A DNA stretch of 64,000 bases from a virus (Duplodnaviria; Caudoviricetes). The notes beneath the pieces are model-generated. The model had not been told where the DNA came from. It ran no database searches and worked only from the letters and a program-made list of their open reading frames with translations. Position 1 is the stretch's first letter; the number at the start of each line of letters is the position of its first letter. Shown piece after piece: positions 16,261-25,354 of this stretch. The stretch lies in the IMG/VR virus record IMGVR_UViG_3300024270_000002; one strand, written 5' to 3'. The translations under genes and the position numbers were made by a program.

Positions 16261-16780
16261 CATGAGATCAAGAATTTGTTTCCTTGATTATGACGGGGTC
16301 GTTAACACACCAATGTGGAATGAAGAAGGCACTCATTGCTCGTACAACCACAATGGTCATGGTAAAGTAAATAATTTTCAGGCAGTTCAGTGGCTTTCTG
16401 AGGCGTGCCAGAAGTTTGGCTATGATATTGTAGTCACTTCCACTTGGCGCATCTGGGACAATTATAAGGAATGTCTTACCCACGGTGGTCTTAGAGATGG
16501 TATTGAAATTCTTGGTAAAACTGATCGTCTTAGAGGCGTTTGTAGAGGTGCTGAGATTAAGAAGTACATCGATGAGCATCCCGAAATCCAGTATTATGTT
16601 ATTGTAGATGATGAAGCGGATATGCTACCCGAACAAATGGGTCATTTTATTATGACTAACGGAGATACAGGTTTTAATCTCAGTGAGTTTAAAAGATTTG
16701 AAGAAATTTTTAACAAAGATAATGAGCGGGGCGGGTCTTTTCCTGAAAGAAAACAGAAAGATTATAGGAGAACAGTATGA
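16238..16780 (+). CDS. HAD phosphatase of the Swiss-Army-Knife RNA-repair type
   Basis: FLDYDGV, VVTSTWR, RGAEI, VIVDD. Confidence 0.75.
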   Translation: MVQRGIFNMRSRICFLDYDGVVNTPMWNEEGTHCSYNHNGHGKVNNFQAVQWLSEACQKFGYDIVVTSTWRIWDNYKECLTHGGLRDGIEILGKTDRLRGVCRGAEIKKYIDEHPEIQYYVIVDDEADMLPEQMGHFIMTNGDTGFNLSEFKRFEEIFNKDNERGGSFPERKQKDYRRTV

Positions 16781-16971
16781 TTACAAAAAAGCAAGCTATT
16801 GATATTGTAAATAAATTTGAATTTTTCCAAGGGCAGAGAGCAGGAAGAGAGCTTTGGAGCTCAAAAGAGTACTCAGTACAGGAAGTAGATCTCGTAAGCT
16901 TTCGTCAAGATTGTTATGACTTGCTTGAATATTTAAAAAATACGGAGACTAAACAGAATGATAATGTATAA
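16777..16971 (+). CDS. Hypothetical protein
   Basis: FFQGQRAGRELW; coupled ORF. Confidence 0.6.
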   Translation: MITKKQAIDIVNKFEFFQGQRAGRELWSSKEYSVQEVDLVSFRQDCYDLLEYLKNTETKQNDNV

Positions 16972-17509
16972 TACTGGAATGATTATTGGCAGATTTCAAC
17001 CGTTCCATTTAGGACATTCTATTATCCTTGACAAAGCGCTAGACCAATGCAATAAAGTAATTGTGGTAATTGGTTCTGCTCAAGAAAGTGGAACACCTTT
17101 AAACCCATTGTCTGCATCTGAAAGAGAACAAATTATTATAGATAGTTTTACGAATAGACTTGATTATGATAATCTTGAAAAAATTGAATTCCTGCATCTT
17201 AACGATAGAGAACATTGGTGCAATGATTCTTCTTTTGGAGAATATGTTATAAATGCAATCGAGCATACATACGGAGTAACACCTAGCGTAGTATTTGAAG
17301 GAAAAGAATCTTCTCGTAATAGCTGGTTTGATACTATCGATATTGATGTAGTTCAGATATCAAGAAATAAATGTGCAGTATCTGGTACTGAATTAAGAGA
17401 GGCTATTTATAATGGAGATAGAACTACCTGGGAAAATCAATGTGCTCCTGGAATTGAATATTGTTTTGATAGTATAAGGGAGGCGATATTAAATGCTACA
17501 AAAAACTAA
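16958..17509 (+). CDS. nadM: NadM-type (Na)MN adenylyltransferase
   Basis: GRFQPFHLGH, GSAQ, NPL...ER, SGTELR. Confidence 0.8.
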   Translation: MIMYNTGMIIGRFQPFHLGHSIILDKALDQCNKVIVVIGSAQESGTPLNPLSASEREQIIIDSFTNRLDYDNLEKIEFLHLNDREHWCNDSSFGEYVINAIEHTYGVTPSVVFEGKESSRNSWFDTIDIDVVQISRNKCAVSGTELREAIYNGDRTTWENQCAPGIEYCFDSIREAILNATKN

Positions 17510-18245
17510 AGAGCTAATTACTTGGATTAGAGAACAGTTTAAAGATATTCCTGATGGTCATGCCATTATCGGTATTTCAGGCGGTAAGGACTCTACTATC
17601 GCTGCAGCGCTTTGTGTTGAGGCCTTGGGCGCTGATAGAGTAATCGGAGTATTAATGCCACAAGGCGTACAAAAAGATATTAGTGATTCTTATGAAGTTG
17701 TTGCAACTCTTAAGCTTCAGTATCATGTTGTTAATATTGGAGCTGCCTGTGAAGAATTATATCGTTCTATTAGCGATGCTGTTTTTCTTTGTGGCGGTAA
17801 AAATGCAATAGAATCTAATTCTATGATTACGACAAATGCTCCGGCAAGAATGCGTATGACTGCTTTGTACGCTATTGCAGCACTTTATACTAATTCCCGT
17901 GTGGTAAATACCTGCAACGCATCCGAAGATTATGTTGGTTATTCCACTAAGTATGGCGATGCAGCTGGGGACTTTTCGCCTCTCGGTAATCTTACTGTGA
18001 GAGAGGTGCTTAAAATTGGGGATGATTTAGGCCTTCCTAAGCATTTAGTGCATAAGCCGCCTTCTGACGGTATGTGCGGTAAAACAGACGAAGATAATCT
18101 TGGATTTACTTATGAACAGCTTGATGACTATCTTTTGGGAACAGGCGATGTTCCGCTGGATGTAGTTGAAAAAATTAAAAAACTGCATAAAGCTACTCGA
18201 CACAAATATGTACTTATGCCAATGTTTAATAATTTTAAAAAGTGA
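17493..18245 (+). CDS. nadE: NH3-dependent NAD+ synthetase
   Basis: GISGGKDS, ARMRM, GYSTKYGD, KPPSDG, TDE. Confidence 0.92.
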   Translation: MLQKTKELITWIREQFKDIPDGHAIIGISGGKDSTIAAALCVEALGADRVIGVLMPQGVQKDISDSYEVVATLKLQYHVVNIGAACEELYRSISDAVFLCGGKNAIESNSMITTNAPARMRMTALYAIAALYTNSRVVNTCNASEDYVGYSTKYGDAAGDFSPLGNLTVREVLKIGDDLGLPKHLVHKPPSDGMCGKTDEDNLGFTYEQLDDYLLGTGDVPLDVVEKIKKLHKATRHKYVLMPMFNNFKK

Positions 18246-19456
18246 GGAAAATAACTATGATGAAGCTTAGTCCTATTATTGTATCTTTGTTGGATACCGA
18301 CCTTTATAAATGGAATATGTGTCAGGTATTCTTTCATAAGCATACCAATATGAATGGTAAGTATATTTTTAAATGTAGAAACGAAGGAGTAGAGTTTACT
18401 TCTGAGATGGTTGAAGAAATCAATGCTCAGATCGACCACCTCTGTACTCTTACGCTGACTGATGAAGAACTTGACTATCTCGCTTCTTTGAGATTTATTA
18501 AGAAGGACTATGTTGAGTTCCTTCGTATTTGGAGACCACTTCGCAGATATGTAAATTGTTTTTATGATGATAGTAGCCCCTGCAAGATGAGAATTGAAAT
18601 CGAAGGGCCACTTTTCTCAGTAATGCAGTTTGAAATTTATCTTCTTGAAATTGTTAATGAGACGTATTTCAGAATGAAGTATGATTATATGCAGCTTGTA
18701 GAGTCAGCTAAAGACAGACTTTATTATAAGACTAATTCTTTTAGGCTGGAAGAATACGATTTTAAATTTGCTGAATTTGGTTGTCGAAGAAGACTTTCCA
18801 GAGAATGGCAGGATTATGTAGTTAGCGAGCTTCTAAAGACCGGCAAGTGCGTAGGCACTTCTAATACGTATCTTGCGATGAAGTATGGTTGTAAACCCAT
18901 TGGAACTTACGCTCATGAGTACGTTCAGATGTTCCAGGGAGTTCCTGGTATTCAGCTTGCGTACACAAATAAGGTTGCAATGGAAGAGTGGTTTGATGAG
19001 TATCAGGGAGATAATGGAACTGCACTTACTGATACTCTCGGAACAGACCTTTTCCTTAGAGACTTTAACAAGCTTCAGGCAATGTGCTATACTGGAGTAA
19101 GACATGATAGCGGAGATCCTTATGAGTGGGGAGAAAAAATTATCGCTCATTATGAGAAGCTTGGAATTGACCCCAAAACAAAGACTCTTCTTTTTAGTGA
19201 TAGCCTTGATTTTGTAAGGGCTCAGGCCATCTATGATTATTTCAACAAAAGAATTAATGTAAGCTTTGGTATTGGAACTTATCTTTCAAATGACACTAAT
19301 GTAAATCCTCTTAATATTGTTATTAAGCTTCAATATGTAAATGGTCACCCCGTCGCAAAGATTTCTGATAATCCCGGAAAGGCTATGTGCCAAGATGACT
19401 CCTATCTCGCATATTTGAAAAACGCAGTTGATTATAGATTAAAGGAAGGTATTTAA
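18242..19456 (+). CDS. pncB: Nicotinate phosphoribosyltransferase
   Basis: LLDTDLYK, EFGCRRR, GTSN, GTYAHE, RHDSGDP, FSDSLD, KISD. Confidence 0.92.
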   Translation: MRKITMMKLSPIIVSLLDTDLYKWNMCQVFFHKHTNMNGKYIFKCRNEGVEFTSEMVEEINAQIDHLCTLTLTDEELDYLASLRFIKKDYVEFLRIWRPLRRYVNCFYDDSSPCKMRIEIEGPLFSVMQFEIYLLEIVNETYFRMKYDYMQLVESAKDRLYYKTNSFRLEEYDFKFAEFGCRRRLSREWQDYVVSELLKTGKCVGTSNTYLAMKYGCKPIGTYAHEYVQMFQGVPGIQLAYTNKVAMEEWFDEYQGDNGTALTDTLGTDLFLRDFNKLQAMCYTGVRHDSGDPYEWGEKIIAHYEKLGIDPKTKTLLFSDSLDFVRAQAIYDYFNKRINVSFGIGTYLSNDTNVNPLNIVIKLQYVNGHPVAKISDNPGKAMCQDDSYLAYLKNAVDYRLKEGI

Positions 19457-19458
19457 AT

Positions 19459-20022
19459 ATGAAAGTATTGCTTGTAGTTGACGTTCAGAATGATTTTGTA
19501 ACTGGAGCTTTGGCAAATCCTGATGCACAGGCCAAGATTCCTGCCATTAGGGAAAGGATTCAGCAGCGAATTAATGAGGGCTGGCAGGTAATGTTTACAC
19601 AGGATACACATTATAACAGCTATAGTGCTTCTATGGAAGGTAAGTATTTGCCAGTGCCTCACTGTATTGATGGAACTTGGGGTTGGCAAATAGTAGATGA
19701 GGTCAAGGAGTTTGAAGCTTCTCAACTTCATATGCCAATTTGTAAGCTTAGATTTGGTGATGATTACCTATTTGAAAAGATTATTAGCCGTTTATTTCCA
19801 AATTGGCGAAGCATAAATAATTACTTTATTGAAGAAATTGAGCTTATTGGTTTCTGTACTGATATTTGTGTAGTTTCTAATGCTTTGATTTTGAAGGCAT
19901 CTGTTGATAATAATACTGTTATTAGCTGTGATGCTTCTTGCTGTGCTGGTACATCTATTGAAGCACATGAGGCAGCTATTAAAGTAATGCAGTCTTGTCA
20001 GGTAGAGGTAAGAAATGCATAA
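19459..20022 (+). CDS. pncA: Nicotinamidase
   Basis: VVDVQNDF, DTH, PHC, GFCTDICV. Confidence 0.88.
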   Translation: MKVLLVVDVQNDFVTGALANPDAQAKIPAIRERIQQRINEGWQVMFTQDTHYNSYSASMEGKYLPVPHCIDGTWGWQIVDEVKEFEASQLHMPICKLRFGDDYLFEKIISRLFPNWRSINNYFIEEIELIGFCTDICVVSNALILKASVDNNTVISCDASCCAGTSIEAHEAAIKVMQSCQVEVRNA

Positions 20023-20057
20023 TCTTTTTGACCATTGGAAAAGACGAGGTGAAGTAA

Positions 20058-20540
20058 ATGGTGAAATGTGATTGTTGGGTGGAAAATGGGCCGTATTGTA
20101 ATGGCACAAAAGAGCAAGATATTTGTTTTTGTAATGGCGATCGTAGAAAATGTGATTTTTATGAGGATGTGCGTGAAAAAGCAGTTTTAGCTGCAGCACA
20201 GAAATATAATGAAACTCCTACAAGAACTTTTATTCCTTTTCAATGGTATTCTATGGACTCTGCGCCAAGAGGTTTTGACTGTGAGCATCCTGACGTGTTA
20301 GTTTGCTATTTGGATAGAGGTATTCCAAAATACAAAACCTTTAAATTTTTAGACCGGTTTAATATGGAAAGCACCTTTATCGCTAAGCACGCAGTTGCTT
20401 GGTGCTATATTGAGCAGCCAAAAAATTTAATGACAAAAGAAGAGGCTATCAAAAATCTTCAGAATGCCGGTATTTTTGACGAGGCAGGCAACCTTAAGCC
20501 GATTTATGAGAGTATTTTAGTAAAGGTAGAGGATCTATGA
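20058..20540 (+). CDS. Hypothetical protein
   Basis: Cys-rich N-terminus, SD GAGGTG. Confidence 0.6.
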   Translation: MVKCDCWVENGPYCNGTKEQDICFCNGDRRKCDFYEDVREKAVLAAAQKYNETPTRTFIPFQWYSMDSAPRGFDCEHPDVLVCYLDRGIPKYKTFKFLDRFNMESTFIAKHAVAWCYIEQPKNLMTKEEAIKNLQNAGIFDEAGNLKPIYESILVKVEDL

Positions 20541-20812
20541 GAAAGAAATATCATCTATTTAATAAAGGCTTTGAGGCAATGAAAGATAATATCTGTGATA
20601 CTTCTTGTGGACTTTATCCAGCGCCTATGGAAGCACAGGAAGCTTTAGATATTTTGACCAGCTACCTGCTTGGTGATGATTGGTATGTAGTTGACTCTAT
20701 GAATACCAAGCAAGTCAATGCTATTATCACAGAACAGATTCTCGATAAATATTCTAAAAAATGGAAAAAAGATTGGAAAAATTATGAAAATTCCAATAAA
20801 TGTGTTGTATAA
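20537..20812 (+). CDS. Hypothetical protein
   Basis: Coupled ORF. Confidence 0.6.
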   Translation: MRKKYHLFNKGFEAMKDNICDTSCGLYPAPMEAQEALDILTSYLLGDDWYVVDSMNTKQVNAIITEQILDKYSKKWKKDWKNYENSNKCVV

Positions 20813-20818
20813 TATAAT

Positions 20819-20915
20819 ATCAGGTGCCACGAAGCAGATATGCAAGAAACGCTTTGAGAATGCGTCACGGTCTGATAAAGCAGCTGTGGTTATGGAGTTA
20901 GATGAACAGCCTGAT
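20819..20915 (+). ncRNA. Duplicated structured RNA motif, copy A
   Basis: ATCAGGT-GCCACGAAG...AGCTGTGGT.ATGGA....GATGAACA-GCCTGAT; directly after a promoter. Confidence 0.55.
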
Positions 20916-20944
20916 ATATTGTTGGAGTAGCTAACCAACTTTTT

Positions 20945-21192
20945 AAGCTGAGTTGAATGACTGACGTTGGGACGTTCCCCGTTCACCTTCGCTTGGGTGC
21001 TCAGCAACAAGCATTTTATGAATTATCTGGGCAGTAGAGCGAGCGTAGTCGCATTGGACGTAAGGTCCTGACCTGAGCACGGGTCCCTGGAAAGTGCAGT
21101 AATAAGCGAGTATGCCAAATAGAGTTGACCGTCAGAGAGCAGTCGGAATCGAGAGCCGATGAGTTGCCAGGAGTTGCTAACCTCGCCTCGCT
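20945..21192 (+). ncRNA. GC-rich structured RNA of unknown class
   Basis: Nested long-range stems CTGACG/CGTCAG, TTCGCTT/AAGCGAG, GTGCTCAG/CTGAGCAC; no credible ORF. Confidence 0.4.
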
Positions 21193-21202
21193 TTATGTTT
21201 AA

Positions 21203-21392
21203 TTGTAGGTGCCACGAAGGATCCTTAAGCCGTTAGCTTTATATATTGCCACGACGATGAAGTGGAGCGCAACAATATATAAATGAATCGGGGTGGTCAA
21301 AGCTCAAGTAACACCTTTAAATTTGGGGGTTGAACACTGGGCCGGGATTGTCAAAATAGCTGTGGTAATGGAATGTGATGAACAGCCTACAA
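21203..21392 (+). ncRNA. Duplicated structured RNA motif, copy B (longer insert)
   Basis: TTGTAGGT-GCCACGAAG...AGCTGTGGTAATGGAATGTGATGAACA-GCCTACAA. Confidence 0.55.
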
Positions 21393-21604
21393 AATCTTTT
21401 ATTTGAGGAAGGAGACCTTATTTATGTACTTCGTTATTTGTGAGGACACTCCACCTGTTAATGTAAAACGCTGACTAAGACGTTAGTTAGTGTCTGTGGG
21501 CGCAGGTTCGGCATCGCCGAGGAAAACGAGACATACTGCGAATTGAGGTTAGGTGGGAGGCCTCTTTAATAGGGGCGCTGAGGTAAAGGCGCCCTTTCTT
21601 ATAT

Positions 21605-21751
21605 CCACGATTGGCGGAACAGGCAACACAAATGTAAGTCCTGACTAAAGGCAGAATTAACGGTAAGTCCTTTTGGTGTAGACGCACCGCGGAGTAGCGG
21701 CGATACGCTGACGAGTGTATCATCTGGGTTCGAATCCTGGGTTGTGGGCCA
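21605..21751 (+). ncRNA. Class-II tRNA-like RNA with a large D-loop insertion
   Basis: CCACGAT/GTTGTGG-G-CCA, TGGCGGAA...AGACGC, variable arm GATACGCT/AGTGTATC, T arm CTGGG-TTCGAAT-CCTGG. Confidence 0.55.
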
Positions 21752-21773
21752 ATTTTATTTTTAGGAGACTAAT

Positions 21774-22325
21774 ATGGTCATCGGAATCGACTTTGACGGA
21801 ACAATTAACAGAATGCTTGAAACTTGGCTCGAGTGGCTGAATAAGAAACATAATAAGTATGTTTTATTCAATGACGTAAAAGACTGGGAGCTCGCTAAAT
21901 ATTATCCGACTCTCACTAAGGCAGAGCTTTTTGAGCCGCTTAACACACCTGAATTTTGGGATGAGGTTAAGATTTATGAAGATGCTCCAGAAGTAATCGA
22001 AAGGCTTATTCACGAGGGTGACCAAATTTATATAGTCACAAGCACTCACTATAAATTTGTAGCAGAAAAGCTTAAAAGATGTCTTTTTACTCATCTTCCG
22101 TTCCTGACAAAAGAGAACGTTATCATTACATATAATAAATCGCTTATTAGATGTGATCTTCTGTTAGATGATGCAGAACATAATTTAGTAAATTTTCAAG
22201 GTATTAAAGTAGTCTTTGACGCACCGTATAATAAAAATACTTCTGTAGCAGACTTTAGGGTAACTTCTTGGAAAGATTTTTATGAGCTTATTTCAGAATT
22301 AAAAATTGCTACTAATATTGTATAA
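21774..22325 (+). CDS. 5'(3')-deoxyribonucleotidase (NT5C-type HAD)
   Basis: IDFDGT, LLLDD, FDAPYN. Confidence 0.8.
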   Translation: MVIGIDFDGTINRMLETWLEWLNKKHNKYVLFNDVKDWELAKYYPTLTKAELFEPLNTPEFWDEVKIYEDAPEVIERLIHEGDQIYIVTSTHYKFVAEKLKRCLFTHLPFLTKENVIITYNKSLIRCDLLLDDAEHNLVNFQGIKVVFDAPYNKNTSVADFRVTSWKDFYELISELKIATNIV

Positions 22326-22357
22326 TATATTAAAAATAAAGGAGTTATAAATAAAAT

Positions 22358-22786
22358 ATGAGAACTAAGAAGTATTGGGAAGCGCAAGCTGATCAAAGAT
22401 ATAAAGAAAAACAGGAATTGGAAAACAAACTTAGCGCAGCTGAAAAATCACTCAGATTCTTGCTTGCTGATCCTAATCCTTATCGAGTAAAGCTAACGCC
22501 AGTTTCAGATATTTTTGCTTTAGGATCTTTTAAAACTAAAACTCGTTTTGAATATGTAGACGAAAAAGGTACATATCATAATCATATTCGTAATATCAGT
22601 CCTGGAGATATAGAAGTTTTAAGCACTAACAAAGAAACTGCTGTTCTTAAATATGAAACTACTAAAGGACACTATACATATTGGATTTTTAATAAAGCTC
22701 TTGAAACAGTCACTGAGATTTCAGTAGAACTTTTATCTGATCTGTGTGATTCTGAAGTTAGGAGGTTACTGAAAAATGTCAAATAA
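22358..22786 (+). CDS. Hypothetical protein
   Basis: Promoter plus SD AAGGAG. Confidence 0.65.
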   Translation: MRTKKYWEAQADQRYKEKQELENKLSAAEKSLRFLLADPNPYRVKLTPVSDIFALGSFKTKTRFEYVDEKGTYHNHIRNISPGDIEVLSTNKETAVLKYETTKGHYTYWIFNKALETVTEISVELLSDLCDSEVRRLLKNVK

Positions 22787-23015
22787 GTATTCAAATACTA
22801 CTTCTAGTGGTGGAGTCGGGTTTTGCACTGTTTTGTTTTTAATTTTTTTAGTCCTTAAACTTTGTGGTGTAATCACCTGGTCTTGGTGGTGGGTCACTGC
22901 ACCGCTCTAGATTCCTTTTGCAATTGTTATAGCTATTTGCGCGGTAGTTTTTATTGTGGGCGTTTTTATCGGAATTGCTCGAGCTATCTGTAAAGCTAAC
23001 AAAAGACGAGATTAA
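22776..23015 (+). pseudogene. Small membrane protein (WSWWWV.APLW family) with in-frame TAG at 22908
   Basis: GGVGF..VLKLCGVITWSWWWVTAPL*IP; Trp expected at the stop. Confidence 0.6.
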
Positions 23016-23106
23016 TAAATTTTATTAAAAGTTATTAAAAATTATTAGCTAAATTAAATGTAAGTGAAAAACTTAATATTTAATTTGTAGGGAGTCAATA
23101 ATTTTT

Positions 23107-23244
23107 ATGAAACAAACAATTAGTTTTCAATTAGACAAAGAATTGGTAGAGAGGCTTAAGCAGGAAGCAGATTCAAAATACTTATCCACATCAGCATTAC
23201 TTAGACTTATTCTACTTGAACATTTTTCGCTGGGTGGTAAGTAA
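23107..23244 (+). CDS. Ribbon-helix-helix (CopG-like) protein
   Basis: MKQTISFQLDKELVERLKQEA...STSALLR; SD GGGAG. Confidence 0.6.
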   Translation: MKQTISFQLDKELVERLKQEADSKYLSTSALLRLILLEHFSLGGK

Positions 23245-23246
23245 CT

Positions 23247-23975
23247 ATGATAGCTTCTTATATTTCTGAAGCTGTACTAACATCCGCAGCCGATAAAGCA
23301 AGTGCAGATCAATATTTGACCATTATACACAATGCACTCACAGCTAATCGTAAACGCTATAATAAGTCGGATAGCCGTTATGTTTATTATGAGCAACATC
23401 ATATATTACCAAAAAGTCTGTACCCTGAGCATCAAAAAGACAAAACAAATTTAGTTTTACTTTTAGCAGAAGAACATTTTGCTGTACACCAACTTCTAAC
23501 AAAAGTGTGGCCAGGTCAGGAAATGGCTTATGCTTTTTGGAGAATGTGTTATTGTAATGGTGCCAAGTTAACTATAACGGCTGAAGACTACGCTTATGGT
23601 AGACAACTTATGCAACAATACCCTGCTTTCAAAGGTAGACACTTTACTGACGAATCTAAAGCACTACTTAGCCAACGTTCTCGTGAATTTTGGCAGCGTG
23701 GCGGTTATACTCACTCTAAAGAACAAGATTTAAAAATGGTTGCTACACGAAAAGCAGATGGTTCATATAATCGTACTCCTGAACAAAATACTAAGTTAGC
23801 CACAACTATGAAAGGCAGTATTTTTATCAACAACGGTATCCAAAACAAACGAGTTTACGAGTGGGAATTAGATAAATATTTGGCACTTGGTTGGCTAAGA
23901 GGAAAACTCCCATTATCTGCAGAACACAAACGTCATATTGGAGAGGCTTCACGTAATCGTAAAAGAGTTAAATAA
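23247..23975 (+). CDS. HNH homing endonuclease with NUMOD3-like motifs
   Basis: EQHHILPKS...NLVLL..EEHF..H; KGRHFTDESK. Confidence 0.8.
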   Translation: MIASYISEAVLTSAADKASADQYLTIIHNALTANRKRYNKSDSRYVYYEQHHILPKSLYPEHQKDKTNLVLLLAEEHFAVHQLLTKVWPGQEMAYAFWRMCYCNGAKLTITAEDYAYGRQLMQQYPAFKGRHFTDESKALLSQRSREFWQRGGYTHSKEQDLKMVATRKADGSYNRTPEQNTKLATTMKGSIFINNGIQNKRVYEWELDKYLALGWLRGKLPLSAEHKRHIGEASRNRKRVK

Positions 23976-23984
23976 AATTAAATA

Positions 23985-24794
23985 ATGAAAGGCAATTATA
24001 TTATGGCAAATAAAAAAGATTCGCTCGGCGATAGAATGAAAGATAATTATGAAAATAGAGCTAAGACTTATCTTACCAGAAGGCTTCCTGTGGTGATCCG
24101 AATCGACGGCAAATGTTTTCATTCATTTTGTAAGAACTTTCAGAAACCTTATGACGAGGTTTTTCATAAGGCAATGAACTCTACCTTGCAGTATCTTTGT
24201 AAAAACATTCAGGGATGTAAGTTCGGATACACCCAGAGCGACGAAATTTCGCTTCTGTTGACTGATTACGATACACTGACTACAGATGCCTTTTTTGATT
24301 ACAACGTGCAAAAGATCTGCTCTATTGCGGCTTCTATGGCTACTCTGCACTTTAATAAGGCTTTCAGAACTTATGTTAATGAATATACTGCTGGTAAAAC
24401 TCTTGATAGCTATTCTATTGAGTTACTAAAGGCCAAGGATAAGGGAGCAATGTTTGACGCTCGCTGCTTCAGCATTCCTGCATCGGAAACGTGTAACGTA
24501 TTTATTTGGAGGCAGCAAGATGCGACTCGAAATGCTGTTCAGATGCTCGGGCAGACGTACTTTAGTCACAAGGAACTCCATAAGAAGTCTACTTCAGATA
24601 TCCAGGAAATGTTGTGGCAAAAGGGTATTAATTTCAATGATATGCCTATTGAGTTTAAGCGTGGTGTTTGCTGTTTTAAGAGAGCTATTGAGGTAAGAGG
24701 CGCAGCACGAACTGAGTGGTATATTGATAAAGAATGTCCTATTTTTACACAGGATAGAAATTATATTGAAAGATTTCTTCCCAAGGAGAACTAA
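23985..24794 (+). CDS. Thg1-like tRNA(His) guanylyltransferase / 3'-5' polymerase
   Basis: RIDGKCFH, YTQSDEIS, FDAR, WRQQDATRN. Confidence 0.92.
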   Translation: MKGNYIMANKKDSLGDRMKDNYENRAKTYLTRRLPVVIRIDGKCFHSFCKNFQKPYDEVFHKAMNSTLQYLCKNIQGCKFGYTQSDEISLLLTDYDTLTTDAFFDYNVQKICSIAASMATLHFNKAFRTYVNEYTAGKTLDSYSIELLKAKDKGAMFDARCFSIPASETCNVFIWRQQDATRNAVQMLGQTYFSHKELHKKSTSDIQEMLWQKGINFNDMPIEFKRGVCCFKRAIEVRGAARTEWYIDKECPIFTQDRNYIERFLPKEN

Positions 24795-25352
24795 ATGACA
24801 AACAGAGAAAAATTTATTCAACTTTGTGCTAAGATTGATAGGCCTGGAAAAGCAGAACTTTTTGAATGGCTAGAGAGTAGTGATTTTTTCAGTGCTCCGG
24901 CAAGCGCAAAGTATCACGGCTCCTATGAAGGTGGACTTGTTGAGCACTGCCTTAACGTATATGAAGCTCTATTTAAGCTTCTAACTATTTATCCTGAGAT
25001 CGAAGTTTCAGCTGAGAGCGCTTTGATTGTGTCACTTTTCCATGACCTCTGTAAAGTAAATATGTATGAGAAAGAAACTCGTTATCGTAAAGATGAGAAC
25101 GGCAAGTGGGAACCCTATGAAGCTTATACTCACAATGAGAAACTTCATTATGGCGGACATGGAAGTAAGTCAGTATTTATTCTTCAGAACTTTATTAAGC
25201 TAACACCTGAGGAAGCTGTTGCTATAAATTGCCATATGAGCTCTTGGGAAGACAATCCTAACGTAGGTGCCGCTTTTGAGCACTGTCCTTTGGCTTGGTT
25301 ACTTCATGTTGCTGACGAGAGTGCTACTTTTATTACGGAGGCTAGAAAGTAA
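24795..25352 (+). CDS. HD-domain phosphohydrolase
   Basis: APAS.KYH...GGLVEH, FHDLCK, HGSKS, HVADE. Confidence 0.8.
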   Translation: MTNREKFIQLCAKIDRPGKAELFEWLESSDFFSAPASAKYHGSYEGGLVEHCLNVYEALFKLLTIYPEIEVSAESALIVSLFHDLCKVNMYEKETRYRKDENGKWEPYEAYTHNEKLHYGGHGSKSVFILQNFIKLTPEEAVAINCHMSSWEDNPNVGAAFEHCPLAWLLHVADESATFITEARK

Positions 25353-25354
25353 AT

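Noticed and set aside
20819-20915. SAM-I riboswitch (GGTGCCA and GATGA words)
   Set aside because: Element order and the AUC/GCAAC core do not match, and no regulated gene follows.
22908-22910. Genome-wide stop-codon reassignment
   Set aside because: Long genes are intact in code 11, TAG/TGA/TAA all end real genes, and no suppressor tRNA is seen in the window.
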